Notes: generated by a model from the sequence alone, not told the origin. Positions 26,601 to 40,121 are shown, numbered from the stretch's first letter. The stretch is DNA of 64,000 nt from Nemertoderma westbladi (GCA_032718475.1 JAUCBJ010006859.1:10377-74376); one strand, 5' to 3'. Program-made: numbers and translations.

Positions 26601-29600
26601 TACTTACCTCCCGCTCCCCGATTCTCGTGTTGTTCTATGTAAATGCCTCCCTTACTTACCTCCCGCTCCCTGATTCTCGTGTTGTTCTATGTAAATGCCT
26701 CCCTTACTTACCTCCCGCTCCCTGATTCTCGTGTTGTTCTATGTAAATGCCTCCCTTACTTACCTCCCGCTCCCTGATTCTCGTGTTGTTCTATGTAAAT
26801 GCCTCCCTTACTTACCTCCCGCTCCCCGATTCTCGTGTTGTTCTATGTAAATGCCTCCCTTACTTACCTCCCGCTCCCTGATTCTCGTGTTGTTCTATGT
26901 AAATGCCTCCCTTACTTACCTCCCGCTCCCTGATTCTCGTGTTGTTCTATGTAAATGCCTCCCTTACTTACCTCCCGCTCCCTGATTCTCGTGTTGTTCT
27001 ATGTAAATGCCTCCCTTACTTACCTCCCGCTCCCCGATTCTCGTGTTGTTCTATGTAAATGCCTCCCTTACTTACCTCCCGCTCCCCGATTCTCGTGTTG
27101 TTCTATGTAAATGCCTCCCTTACTTACCTCCCGCTCCCTGATTCTCGTGTTGTTCTATGTAAATGCCTCCCTTACTTACCTCCCGCTCCCTGATTCTCGT
27201 GTTGTTCTATGTAAATGCCTCCCTTACTTACCTCCCGCTCCCTGATTCTCGTGTTGTTCTATGTAAATGCCTCCCTTACTTACCTCCCGCTCCCTGATTC
27301 TCGTGTTGTTCTATGTAAATGCCTCCCTTACTTACCTCCCGCTCCCCGATTCTCGTGTTGTTCTATGTAAATGCCTCCCTTACTTACCTCCCGCTCCCTG
27401 ATTCTCGTGTTGTTCTATGTAAATGCCTCCCTTACTTACCTCCCGCTCCCTGATTCTCGTGTTGTTCTATGTAAATGCCTCCCTTACTTACCTCCCGCTC
27501 CCCGATTCTCGTGTTGTTCTATGTAAATGCCTCCCTTACTTACCTCCCGCTCCCTGATTCTCGTGTTGTTCTATGTAAATGCCTCCCTTACTTACCTCCC
27601 GCTCCCTGATTCTCGTGTTGTTCTATGTAAATGCCTCCCTTACTTACCTCCCGCTCCCTGATTCTCGTGTTGTTCTATGTAAATGCCTCCCTTACTTATC
27701 TCCCGCTCCCTGATTCTCGTGTTGTTCTATGTAAATGCCTCCCTTACTTATCTCCCGCTCCCTGAGTCTCGTGTTGTTCTATGTAAATGCCTCCCTTACT
27801 TACCTCCCGCTCCCCGATTCTCGTGTTGTTCTATGTAAATGCCTCCCTTACTTACCTCCCGCTCCCTGATTCCTCGTGTTGTTCTATGTAAATGCCTCCC
27901 TTACTTACCTCCCGCTCCCTGATTCTCGTGTTGTTCTATGTAAATGCCTCCCTTACTTACCTCCCGCTCCCTGATTCTCGTGTTGTTCTATGTAAATACC
28001 TCCCTTACTTACCTCCCGCTCCCTGATTCACGTGTTGTTCTATGTAAATGCCTCCCTTACTTACCTCCCGCTCCCTGATTCTCGTGTTGTTCTATGTAAA
28101 TGCCTCCCTTACTTACCTCCCGCTCCCCGATTCTCGTGTTGTTCTATGTAAATGCCTCCCTTACTTACCTCCCGCTCCCTGATTCTCGTGTTGTTCTATG
28201 TAAATGCCTCCCTTACTTACCTCCCGCTCCCTGATTCTCGTGTTGTTCTATGTAAATGCCTCCCTTACTTACCTCCCGCTCCCCGATTCTCGTGTTGTTC
28301 TATGTAAATGCCTCCCTTACTTACCTCCCGCTCCCTGATTCTCGTGTTGTTCTATGTAAATACCTCCCTTACTTACCTCCCGCTCCCCGATTCTCGTGTT
28401 GTTCTATGTAAATGCCTCCCATACTTACCTCCCGCTCCCTGATTCTCGTGTTGTTCTATGTAAATGCCTCCCTTACTTACCTCCCGCTCCCTGATTCTCG
28501 TGTTGTTCTATGTAAATGCCTCCCTTACTTACCTCCCGCTCCCTGATTCTCGTGTTGTTCTATGTAAATGACTCCACTTACCTCCCGCTCCCTGATTCTC
28601 GTGTTGTTCTATGTAAATGCCTCCCTTACTTACCTCCCGCTCCCTGATTCTCGTGTTGTTCTATGTAAATGACTCCACTTACCTCCCGCTCCCTGATTCT
28701 CGTGTTGTTCTATGTAAATGCCTCCCTTACTTACGCCCCGCTCCCTGATTCTCGTGTTGTTCTATGTAAATGCCTCCCATACTTACCCCCCGCTCCCTGA
28801 TTCTCGTGTTGTTCTATGTAAATGCCTCCCTTACTTACCTCCCGCTCCCTGATTCTCGTGTTGTTCTATGTAAATGCCTCCCTTACTTACCTCCCGCTCC
28901 CTGATTCTCGTGTTGTTCTATGTAAATGCCTCCCTTACTTACCTCCCGCTCCCTGATTCTCGTGTTGTTCTATGTAAATGCCTCCCATACTTACCTCCCG
29001 CTCCCTGATTCTCGTGTTGTTCTATGTAAATGCCTCCCTTACTTACCTCCCGCTCCCCGATTGTCGTGTTGTTCTATGTAAATGCCTCCCTTACTTACCT
29101 CCCGCTCCCCGATTCTCGTGTTGTTCTATGTAAATGCCTCCCTTACTTACCTCCCGCTCCCTGATTCTCGTGTTGTTCTATGTAAATGCCTCCCTTACTT
29201 ACCTCCCGCTCCCTGATTCTCGTGTTGTTCTATGTAAATGCCTCCCTTACTTACCTCCCGCTCCCTGATTCTCGTGTTGTTCTATGTAAATGCCTCCCTT
29301 ACTTACCTCCCGCTCCCCGATTCTCGTGTTGTTCTATGTAAATGCCTCCCTTACTTACCTCCCGCTCCCTGATTCTCGTGTTGTTCTATGTAAATGCCTC
29401 CCTTACTTACCTCCCGCTCCCTGATTCTCGTGTTGTTCTATGTAAATGCCTCCCATACTTACCTCCCGCTCCCTGATTCTCGTGTTGTTCTATGTAAATG
29501 CCTCCCTTACTTACCTCCCGCTCCCTGATTATCGTGTTGTTCTATGTAATTGCCTCCCTTACTTACCTCCCGCTCCCCGATTCTCGTGTTGTTCTATGTA

Positions 29601-32600
29601 AATGCCTCCCTTACTTACCTCCCGCTCCCTGATTATCGTGTTGTTCTATGTAAATGCCTACCTTACTTACCTCCCGCTCCCCGATTCTCGTGTTGTTCTA
29701 TGTAAATGCCTCCCTTACTTACCTCCCGCTCCCTGATTCTCGTGTTGTTCTATGTAAATGCCTCCCTTACTTACCTCCCGCTCCCTGATTATCGTGTTGT
29801 TCTATGTAATTGCCTCCCTTACTTACCTCCCGCTCCCTGATTCTCGTGTTGTTCTATGTAATTGCCTCCCTTACTTACCTCCCGCTCCCCGATTCTCGTG
29901 TTGTTCTATGTAATTGCCTCCCTTACTTACCTCCCGCTCCCCGATTCTCGTGTTGTTCTATGTAAATGCTTCCCTTACTTACCTCCCGCTCCCCGATTCT
30001 CGTGTTGTTCTATGTAAATGCCTCCCTTACTTACCTCCCGCTCCCTGATTCTCGTGTTGTTCTATGTAAATGCCTCCCTTACTTACCTCCCGCTCCCTGA
30101 TTCTCGTGTTGTTCTATGTAAATGCCTCCCTTACTTACCTCCCGCTCCCTGATTCTCGTGTTGTTCTATGTAAATGCCTCCCTTACTTACCTCCCGCTCC
30201 CTGATTCTCGTGTTGTTCTATGTAAATGCCTCCCTTACTTACCTCCCGCTCCCTGATTCTCGTGTTGTTCTATGTAAATGCCTCCCTTACTTACCTCCCG
30301 CTCCCCGATTCTCGTGTTGTTCTATGTAAATGCCTCCCTTACTTACCTCCCGCTCCCCGATTCTCGTGTTGTTCTATGTAAATGCCTCCCTTACTTACCT
30401 CCCGCTCCCTGATTCTCGTGTTGTTCTATGTAAATGCCTCCCTTACTTACCTCCCGCTCCCTGATTCTCGTGTTGTTCTATGTAAATGCCTCCCTTACTT
30501 ACCTCCCGCTCCCTGATTCTCGTGTTGTTCTATGTAAATGCCTCCCTTACTTACCTCCCGCTCCCTGATTCTCGTGTTGTTCTATGTAAATGCCTCCCTT
30601 ACTTACCTCCCGCTCCCCGATTCTCGTGTTGTTCTATGTAAATGCCTCCCTTACTTACCTCCCGCTCCCTGATTCTCGTGTTGTTCTATGTAAATGCCTC
30701 CCTTACTTACCTCCCGCTCCCTGATTCTCGTGTTGTTCTATGTAAATGCCTCCCTTACTTACCTCCCGCTCCCCGATTCTCGTGTTGTTCTATGTAAATG
30801 CCTCCCTTACTTACCTCCCGCTCCCTGATTCTCGTGTTGTTCTATGTAAATGCCTCCCTTACTTACCTCCCGCTCCCTGATTCTCGTGTTGTTCTATGTA
30901 AATGCCTCCCTTACTTACCTCCCGCTCCCTGATTCTCGTGTTGTTCTATGTAAATGCCTCCCTTACTTATCTCCCGCTCCCTGATTCTCGTGTTGTTCTA
31001 TGTAAATGCCTCCCTTACTTATCTCCCGCTCCCTGAGTCTCGTGTTGTTCTATGTAAATGCCTCCTTACTTACCTCCCGCTCCCCGATTCTCGTGTTGTT
31101 CTATGTAAATGCCTCCCTTACTTACCTCCCGCTCCCTGATCCTCGTGTTGTTCTATGTAAATGCCTCCCTTACTTACCTCCCGCTCCCTGATTCTCGTGT
31201 TGTTCTATGTAAATGCCTCCCTTACTTACCTCCCGCTCCCCGATTCTCGTGTTGTTCTATGTAAATGCCTCCCTTACTTACCTCCCGCTCCCTGATTCTC
31301 GTGTTGTTCTATGTAAATACCTCCCTTACTTACCTCCCGCTCCCTGATTCTCGTGTTGTTCTATGTAAATACCTCCCTTACTTACCTCCCGCTCCCTGAT
31401 TCTCGTGTTGTTCTATGTAAATGCCTCCCTTACTTACCTCCCGCTCCCTGATTCTCGTGTTGTTCTATGTAAATGCCTCCCTTACTTACCTCCCGCTCCC
31501 TGATTCTCGTGTTGTTCTATGTAAATACCTCCCTTACTTACCTCCCGCTCCCTGATTATCGTGTTGTTCTATGTAAATACCTCCCTTACTTACCTCCCGC
31601 TCCCTGATTCTCGTGTTGTTCTATGTAAATGCCTCCCTTACTTACCTCCCGCTCCCCGATTCTCGTGTTGTTCTATGTAAATGCCTCCCTTACTTACCTC
31701 CCGCTCCCTGATTCTCGTGTTGTTCTATGTAAATACCTCCCTTACTTACCTCCAGCTCCCTGATTCTCGTGTTGTTCTATGTAAATACCTCCCTTACTTA
31801 CCTCCCGCTCCCTGATTCTCGTGTTGTTCTATGTAAATGCCTCCCTTACTTACCTCCCGCTCCCTGATTCTCGTGTTGTTCTATGTAAATGCCTCCCTTA
31901 CTTACCTCCCGCTCCCCGATTCTCGTGTTGTTCTATGTAAATGCCTCCCTTACTTACCTCCCGCTCCCTGATTCTCGTGTTGTTCTATGTAAATGCCTCC
32001 CTTACTTACCTCCCGCTCCCTGATTCTCGCGTTGTTCTATGTAAATGCCTCCCTTACTTACCTCCCGCTCCCCGATTCTCGTGTTGTTCTATGTAAATGC
32101 CTCCCTTACTTACCTCCCGCTCCCTGATTCTCGTGTTGTTCTATGTAAATACCTCCCTTACTTACCTCCCGCTCCCCGATTCTCGTGTTGTTCTATGTAA
32201 ATGCCTCCCTTACTTACCTCCCGCTCCCTGATTCTCGTGTTGTTTTATGTAAATGCCTCCCTTACTTACCTCCCGCTCCCTGATTCTCGTGTTGTTCTAT
32301 GTAAATGCCTCCCTTACTTACCTCCCGCTCCCTGATTCTCGTGTTGTTCTATGTAAATGACTCCACTTACCTCTCGCTCCCTGATTCTCGTGTTGTTCTA
32401 TGTAAATGCCTCCCTTAATTACCTCCCGCTCCCTGATTCTCGTGTTGTTCTATGTAAATGACTCCACTTACCTCCCGCTCCCTGATTCTCGTGTTGTTCT
32501 ATGTAAATGCCTCCCTTACTTACCCCCCGCTCCCTGATTCTCGTGTTGTTCTATGTAAATGCCTCCCATACTTACCTCCCGCTCCCCGATTCTCGTGTTG

Positions 32601-35600
32601 TTCTATGTAAATGACTCCCTTACTTACCTCCCGCTCCCTGATTCTCGTGTTGTTCTATGTAAATGACTCCACTTACCTCCCGCTCCCTGATTCTCGTGTT
32701 GTTCTATGTAAATGCCTCCCTTACTTACCTCCCGCTCCCTGATTCTCGTGTTGTTCTATGTAAATGCCTCCCTTACTTACCTCCCGCTCCCCGATTCTCG
32801 TGTTGTTCTATGTAAATGCCTCCCTTACTTACCTCCCGCTCCCCGATTCTCGTGTTGTTCTATGTAAATGCCTCCCTTACTTACCTCCCGCTCCCTGATT
32901 CTCGTGTTGTTCTATGTAAATGCCTCCCTTACTTACCTCCCGCTCCCTGATTCTCGTGTTGTTCTATGTAAATGCCTCCCTTACTTACCTCCCGCTCCCC
33001 GATTCTCGTGTTGTTCTATGTAAATGCCTCCCTTACTTACCTCCCGCTCCCTGATTCTCGTGTTGTTCTATGTAAATGCCTCCCTTACTTACCTCCCGCT
33101 CCCTGATTCTCGTGTTGTTCTATGTAAATGCCTCCCTTACTCCCGCTCCCTGATTCTCGTGTTGTTCTATGTAAATGCCTCCCTTACTTATCTCCCGCTC
33201 CCTGATTCTCGTGTTGTTCTATGTAAATGCCTCCCTTACTTATCTCCCGCTCCCTGAGTCTCGTGTTGTTCTATGTAAATGCCTCCCTTACTTACCTCCC
33301 GCTCCCCGATTCTCGTGTTGTTCTATGTAAATGCCTCCCTTACTTACCTCCCGCTCCCTGATTCTCGTGTTGTTCTATGTAAATGCCTCCCTTACTTACC
33401 TCCCGCTCCCTGATTCTCGTGTTGTTCTATGTAAATGCCTCCCTTACTTACCTCCCGCTCCCCGATTCTCGTGTTGTTCTATGTAAATGCCTCCCTTACT
33501 TACCTCCCGCTCCCTGATTCTCGTGTTGTTCTATGTAAATACCTCCCTTACTTACCTCCCGCTCCCCGATTCTCGTGTTGTTCTATGTAAATGCCTCCCT
33601 TACTTACCTCCCGCTCCCTGATTCTCGTGTTGTTCTATGTAAATGCCTCCCTTACTTACCTCCCGCTCCCTGATTCTCGTGTTGTTCTATGTAAATGCCT
33701 CCCTTACTTACCTCCCGCTCCCTGATTCTCGTGTTGTTCTATGTAAATGACTCCACTTACCTCCCGCTCCCTGATTCTCGTGTTGTTCTATGTAAATGCC
33801 TCCCTTACTTACCTTCCGCTCCCTGATTCTCGTGTTGTTCTATGTAAATGACTCCACTTACCTCCCGCTCCCTGATTCTCGTGTTGTTCTATGTAAATGC
33901 CTCCCTTACTTACCCCCCGCTCCCTGATTCTCGTGTTGTTCTATGTAAATGCCTCCCATACTTACCTCCCGCTCCCCGATTCTCGTGTTGTTCTATGTAA
34001 ATAACTCCCTTACTTACCTCCCGCTCCCTGATTCTCGTGTTGTTCTATGTAAATGACTCCACTTACCTCCCGCTCCCTGATTCTCGTGTTGTTCTATGTA
34101 AATGCCTCCCTTACTTACCTCCCGCTCCCCGATTCTCGTGTTGTTCTATGTAAATGACTCCCTTACTTACCTCCCGCTCCCTGATTCTCGTGTTGTTCTA
34201 TGTAAATGACTCCACTTACCTCCCGCTCCCTGATTCTCGTGTTGTTCTATGTAAATGCCTCCCTTACTTACCTCCCGCTCCCTGATTCTCGTGTTGTTCT
34301 ATGTAAATGACTCCACTTACCTCCCGCTCCCTGATTCTCGTGTTGTTCTATGTAAATGCCTCCCTTACTTACCTCCCGCTCCCCGATTCTCGTGTTGTTC
34401 TATGTAAATGCCTCCCTTACTTACCTCCCGCTCCCTGATTCTCGTGTTGTTCTATGTAAATGCCTCCCTTACTTACCTCCTGCTCCCTGATTCTCGTGTT
34501 GTTCTATGTAAATGCCTCCCTTACTTACCCCCCGCTCCCTGATTCTCGTGTTGTTCTATGTAAATGCCTCCCTTACTTACCTCCCGCTCCCTGATTCTCG
34601 TGTTGTTCTATGTAAATGCCTCCCTTACTTACCTCCCGCTCCCTGATTCTCGTGTTGTTCTATGTAAATGCCTCCCTTACTTAACTCCCGCTCCCTGATT
34701 CTCGTGTTGTTCTATGTAAATGCCTCCCATACTTACCTCCCGCTCCCTGATTCTCGTGTTGTTCTATGTAAATGCCTCCCATACTTACCTCCCGCTCCCT
34801 GATTCACGTGTTGTTCTATGTAAATGCCTCCCATACTTACCTCCCGCTCCCTGATTCTCGTGTTGTTCTATGTAAATGCCTCCCTTACTTACCCCCCGCT
34901 CCCTGATTCTCGTGTTGTTCTATGTAAATGCCTCCACTTACCTCCCGCTCCCTGATTCTCGTGTTGTTCTATGTAAATGCCTCCCATACTTACCTCCCGC
35001 TCCCTGATTCTCGTGTTGTTCTATGTAAATGCCTCCCTTACTTACCCCCCGCTCCCTGATTCTCGTGTTGTTCTATGTAAATGCCTCCCATACTTACCTC
35101 CCGCTCCCTGATTCTCGTGTTGTTCTATGAAAATGCCTCCCATACTTACCTCCCGCTCCCTGATTCACGTGTTGTTCTATGTAAATGCCTCCCATACTTA
35201 CCTCCCGCTCCCAGATTCTCGTGTTGTTCTATGTAAATGCCTCCCATACTTACCTCCCGCTCCCTGATTCTCGTGTTGTTCTATGTAAATGCCTCCCTTA
35301 CTTACCCCCCGCTCCCTGATTCTCGTGTTGTTCTATGTAAATGCCTCCACTTACCTCCCGCTCCCTGATTCTCGTGTTGTTCTATGTAAATGCCTCCACT
35401 TACCTCCCGCTCCCTGATTCTCGTGTTGTTCTATGTAAAGGCCTCCCATACTTACCTCCCGCTCCCTGATTCTCGTGTTGTTCTATGTAAATGCCTCCCT
35501 TACTTACCCCCCGCTCCCTGATTCTCGTGTTGTTCTATGTAAATGCCTCCCATACTTACCTCCCGCTCCCTGATTCTCGTGTTGTTCTATGTAAATGCCT

Positions 35601-38600
35601 CCCTTACTTACCCCCCGCTCCCTGATTCTCGTGTTGTTCTATGTAAATGCCTCCCATACTTACCTCCCGCTCCCTGATTCTCGTGTTGTTCTATGTAAAT
35701 GCCTCCCTTACTTACCTCCCGCTCCCTGATTCTCGTGTTGTTCTATGTAAATGCCTCCCTTACTTACCTCCCGCTCCCTGATTCTCGTGTTGTTCTATGT
35801 AAATGCCTCCCTTACTTACCTACCGCTCCCCGATTCTCGTGTTGTTCTATGTAAATGCCTCCCTTACTTACCTCCCGCTCCCTGATTCTCGTGTTGTTCT
35901 ATGTAAATGCCTCCCTTACTTACCTCCCGCTCCCTGATTCTCGTGTTGTTCTATGTAAATGCCTCCCTTACTTACCTCCCGCTCCCTGATTCTCGTGTTG
36001 TTCTATGTAAATGCCTCTCTTACTTACCTCCCGCTCCCCGATTCTCGTGTTGCTCTATGTAAATGCCTCCCATACTTACCTCCCGCTCCCTGATTCACGT
36101 GTTGTTCTATGTAAATGCCTCCCATACTTACCTCCCGCTCCCTGATTCTCGTGTTGTTCTATATAAATGCCTCCCTTACTTACCTCCCGCTCCCTGATTC
36201 TCGTGTTGTTCTATGTAAATGCCTCCACTTACCTCCCGCTCCCTGATTCTCGTGTTGTTCTATGTAAATGCCTCCCTTACTTACCCCCCGCTCACTGATT
36301 CTCGTGTTGTTCTATGTAAATGCCTCCCTTACTTACCTCCCGCTCCCTGATTCTCGTGTTGTTCTATGTAAATGCCTCCTTTACTTACCTCCCGCTCCCT
36401 GATTCTCGTGTTGTTCTATGTAAATGCCTCCCTTACTTACCTCCCGCTCCCCGATTCTCGTGTTGTTCTATGTAAATGCCTCCCTTACTTACCTCCCGCT
36501 CCCCGATTCTCGTGTTGTTCTATGTAAATGCCTCCCTTACTTACCTCCCGCTCCCTGATTCTCGTGTTGTTCTATGTAAATGCCTCCCTTACTTACCTCC
36601 CGCTCCCCGATTCTCGTGTTGTTCTATGTAAATGCCTCCCTTACTTACCTCCCGCTCCCTGATTCTCGTGTTGTTCTATGTAAATGCCTCCCTTACTTAC
36701 CTCCCGCTCCCTGATTCTCGTGTTGTTCTATGTAAATGCCTCCCTTACTTACCTCCCGCTCCCCGATTCTCGTGTTGTTCTATGTAAATGCCTCCCTTAC
36801 TTACCTCCCGCTCCCTGATTCTCGTGTTGTTCTATGTAAATGACTCCACTTACCTCCCGCTCCCTGATTCTCGTGTTGTTCTATGTAAATGCCTCCACTT
36901 ACCTCCCGCTCCCTGATTCTCGTGTTGTTCTATGTAAATGCCTCCACTTACCTTCCGCTCCCTGATTCTCGTGTTGTTCTATGTAAATGCCTCCACTTAC
37001 CTCCCGCTCCCCGATTCTCGTGTTGTTCTATGTAAATGCCTCCCTTACTTACCTCCCGCTCCCTGATTCTCGTGTTGTTCTATGTAAATGACTCCCTTAC
37101 TTACCTCCCGCTCACTGATTCTCGTGTTGTTCTATGTAAATGCCTCCACTTACCTCCCGCTCCCTGATTCTCGTGTTGTTCTATGTAAATGCCTCCCTTA
37201 CTTATCTCTCGCTCCCTGATTCTCGTGTTGTTCTATGTAAATGCCTCCCTTACTTACCTCCCGCTCCCCGATTCTCGTGTTGTTCTATGTAAATGCCTCC
37301 CTTACTTACCTCCCGCTCACTGATTCTCGTGTTGTTCTATGTAAATGCCTCCCTTACTTACCTCCCGCTCCCCGATTCTCGTGTTGTTCTATGTAAATGC
37401 CTCCCTTACTTACCTCCCGCTCCCCGATTCTCGTGTTGTTCTATGTAAATGCCTCCCTTACTTACCTCCCGCTCCCTGATTCTCGTGTTGTTCTATGTAA
37501 ATGCCTCCCTTACTTACCTCCCGCTCCCCGATTCTCGTGTTGTTCTATGTAAATGCCTCCCTTACTTACCTCCCGCTCCCTGATTCTCGTGTTGTTCTAT
37601 GTAAATGCCTCCCTTACTTACCTCCCGTTCCCTGATTCTCGTGTTGTTCTATGTAAATGCCTCCCTTACTTACCTCCCGCTCCCTGATTCTCGTGTTGTT
37701 CTATGTAAATGCCTCCCTTACTTACCTCCCGCTCCCCGATTCTCGTGTTGTTCTATGTAAATGACTCCACTTACCTCCCGCTCCCCGATTCTCGTGTTGT
37801 TCTATGTAAATGACTCCACTTACATCCCGCTCCCTGATTCTCGTGTTGTTCTATGTAAATGCCTCCACTTACCTCCCGCTCCCTGATTCTCGTGTTGTTC
37901 TATGTAAATGCCTCCCTTACTTACCTCCCGCACCCCGATTCTCGTGTTGTTCTATGTAAATACCTCCCTTACTTATCTCCCGCTCCCTGATTCTCGTGTT
38001 GTTCTATGTAAATGCCTCCCTTACTTACCTCCCGCTCCCTGATTCTCGTGTTGTTCTATGTAAATGCCTCCCTTACTTACCTCCCGCTCCCCGATTCTCG
38101 TGTTGTTCTATGTAAATGCCTCCACTTACCTCCCGCTCCCTGATTCTCGTGTTGTTCTATGTAAATGCCTCCCTTACTTACCTCCCGCTCCCCGATTCTC
38201 GTGTTGTTCTATGTAAATGACTCCACTTACCTCCCGCACCCCGATTCTCGTGTTGTTCTATGTAAATGCCTCCCTTACTTACCTCCCGCTCCCTGATTCT
38301 CGTGTTGTTCTATGTAAATGCCTCCCTTACTTACCTCCCGCTCACTGATTCTCGTGTTGTTCTATGTAAATGACTCCACTTACCTCCCGCACCCCGATTC
38401 TCGTGTTGTTCTATGTAAATGACTCCCTTACTTACCTCCCGCTCCCCGATTCTCGTGTTGTTCTATGTAAATGCCTCCCTTACTTACCTCCCGCTCCCTG
38501 ATTCTCGTGTTGTTCTATGTAAATGCCTCCCTTACTTGCCTCCCGCTCCCTGATTCTCGTGTTGTTCTATGTAAATGCCTCCCTTACTTACCTCCCGCTC

Positions 38601-38856
38601 CCTGATTCTCGTGTTGTTCTATGTAAATGCCTCCCTTACTTACCTCCCGCTCCCTGATTCTCGTGTTGTTCTATGTAATTGCCTCCCTTACTTACCTCCC
38701 GCTCCCTGATTCTCGTGTTGTTCTATGTAAATGCCTCCCTTACTTACCTCCCGCTCCCCGATTCTCGTGTTGTTCTATGTAAATGCCTCCCTTACTTACC
38801 TCCCGCTCCCTGATTCTCGTGTTGTTCTATGTAAATGCTTCCCTTACTTACCTCCC
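2658..38856. repeat. About 36.2-kb tandem array (about 700 copies) of a 52-bp unit filling the last EFL1 intron
   Basis: Plus-strand unit CTTACCTCCCGCTCCC(T/C)GATTCTCGTGTTGTTCTATGTAAATGCCTCCCTTA, very homogeneous, with 49-bp (3-nt deletion) and 58-bp (CTCCCG duplication) variants. Copy number estimated as length/52. Confidence 0.99.
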
Positions 38857-39036
38857 AATGCGTAAATTCAAGTTGAGGATTCGCTAATCCACTAGTCCGT
38901 TTTCTTATTTCGTCAGCGAAACCTAAACTTTCTGCAACGGGTAATATTGCAGATATATTGAATATAGAAGACCCCTCCAGCATCGTGTCGCTAAGGATAC
39001 GCCCTTGGCGCTTGTTCAATACAGCGTAGAGTTTAC
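38852..39036 (-). CDS. EFL1: EFL1 penultimate coding exon
   Basis: tctttAG|GT AAA... encodes (G)[61 protein letters not shown], then |GTAAGT. EF-G domain V, with phases compatible with both neighbouring exons. Confidence 0.95.
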
Positions 39037-39411
39037 CTAAAGATAATGTAAGCATGTACCAATGTTACAAATGGAAAAAATGTAGACTTTAGTTTTAGAG
39101 AAAAACATACGCCTTGGACACTAGGCCTACGACTTTAGGATGATTAATTAAAATATACAAACTGATTAGGGAAAAAAATAGGTGAGATATTTACCCGCAT
39201 CCAATCTGCGCTAATTAATGGAAAGGAGTAGGTTATCAGTGGCATGAAAAACAATAAACAGGTTACAGTTTCATAATCAGCTACACAATGACTTAATTAA
39301 GTTGTAATTATTTATCGGGCGGAGATTGGACGATGGAGAGGAAGTTTCCACTAAAATGCCGTCACATTTATAAACGGATTATTTCTGAATTACTACCAAA
39401 GCGAGACTCAC

Positions 39412-39580
39412 CCAAAACATCCGCGGTAGCTTGAATGTTACAAGTGTACATTGCTGCGACTAGTCGCAGCGGTTGAACTTGCATACATCTACGACAACAT
39501 TCCTTTACTGTTGATATAAGTTGCCCTGACAACATACCCAAATCAACATGAGTTGAGATTTTCTCGGTTTTATTATTGTC
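39412..39580 (-). CDS. EFL1: EFL1 antepenultimate coding exon
   Basis: gtttctAG|GAC... encodes [56 protein letters not shown](G), then |GTGAGT. Matches the EFL1 'SGQLI...QPxRL.AAMYTC' region. Confidence 0.93.
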
Positions 39581-39719
39581 CTAGAAACACAATAAAAACA
39601 AACAAACTGTGAAGGAAATAAATACCGTAGAAACATGAAAAACTTCATCAGTAAAACTGAAAGTAATATATCTTTATCGTTGAGTCGGAGTATTGCCTCG
39701 CTCTCCGTAAAGTTGTACG

Positions 39720-39925
39720 AGTGTCATTACATTTTATATTGGTTTTAGGTTAGCGTAGTGTAATATTGTATTTGTAACCAAGTAACACAAAGGGACCCCC
39801 TTGGAAATAAGCTGCAAAGCTTTAGGGGTAATCCTATATGTTATGTTGGAGCAATACCTTTATACCGGTACATTGTTTGGTGTATTTGTTATTGTTTTTA
39901 AATAGTGTATAAATAAATCTATCTT
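39720..39925 (+). mobile_element. Probable CR1/L2-group LINE 3' UTR remnant
   Basis: GGACCCCCTTGGAAATAAG...GGGGTAATCC stem-loop followed by ATAAATAAA, a tail architecture typical of CR1/L2-group elements. Confidence 0.35.
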
Positions 39926-40075
39926 GCCATCTCAGCGATAACGAGCAGTTACTGATTGGTTGGTTACATGGATGGCAGTGAGTGGCCGCCCTAACTACGT
40001 AGTGTGGTAGAGCACCGAATCGAAGCTCACTCAGGCAGGGCGCTGTTCGATTTTGTAATAATATTCGCAATATAT

Positions 40076-40077
<2 letters not shown>

Positions 40078-40121
<44 letters not shown>

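Noticed and set aside
2658-38856. CRISPR array, or coding ORFs (MPPLLTSRS...) in the 52-bp repeat
   Set aside because: There are no unique spacers and the context is eukaryotic. The short plus-strand ORFs arise only where variant units remove stops.
2658-38856. Canonical recursive-splicing (ratchet) sites at each AG|GT
   Set aside because: The AG is preceded by G and a purine-rich stretch, with no polypyrimidine tract, so it does not fit the YAG|GT ratchet consensus.
39995-40060. tRNA or tRNA-derived SINE head (GTAGTGTGGTAGAGC ... GTTCGATT)
   Set aside because: No cloverleaf can be folded and the box matches are poor.
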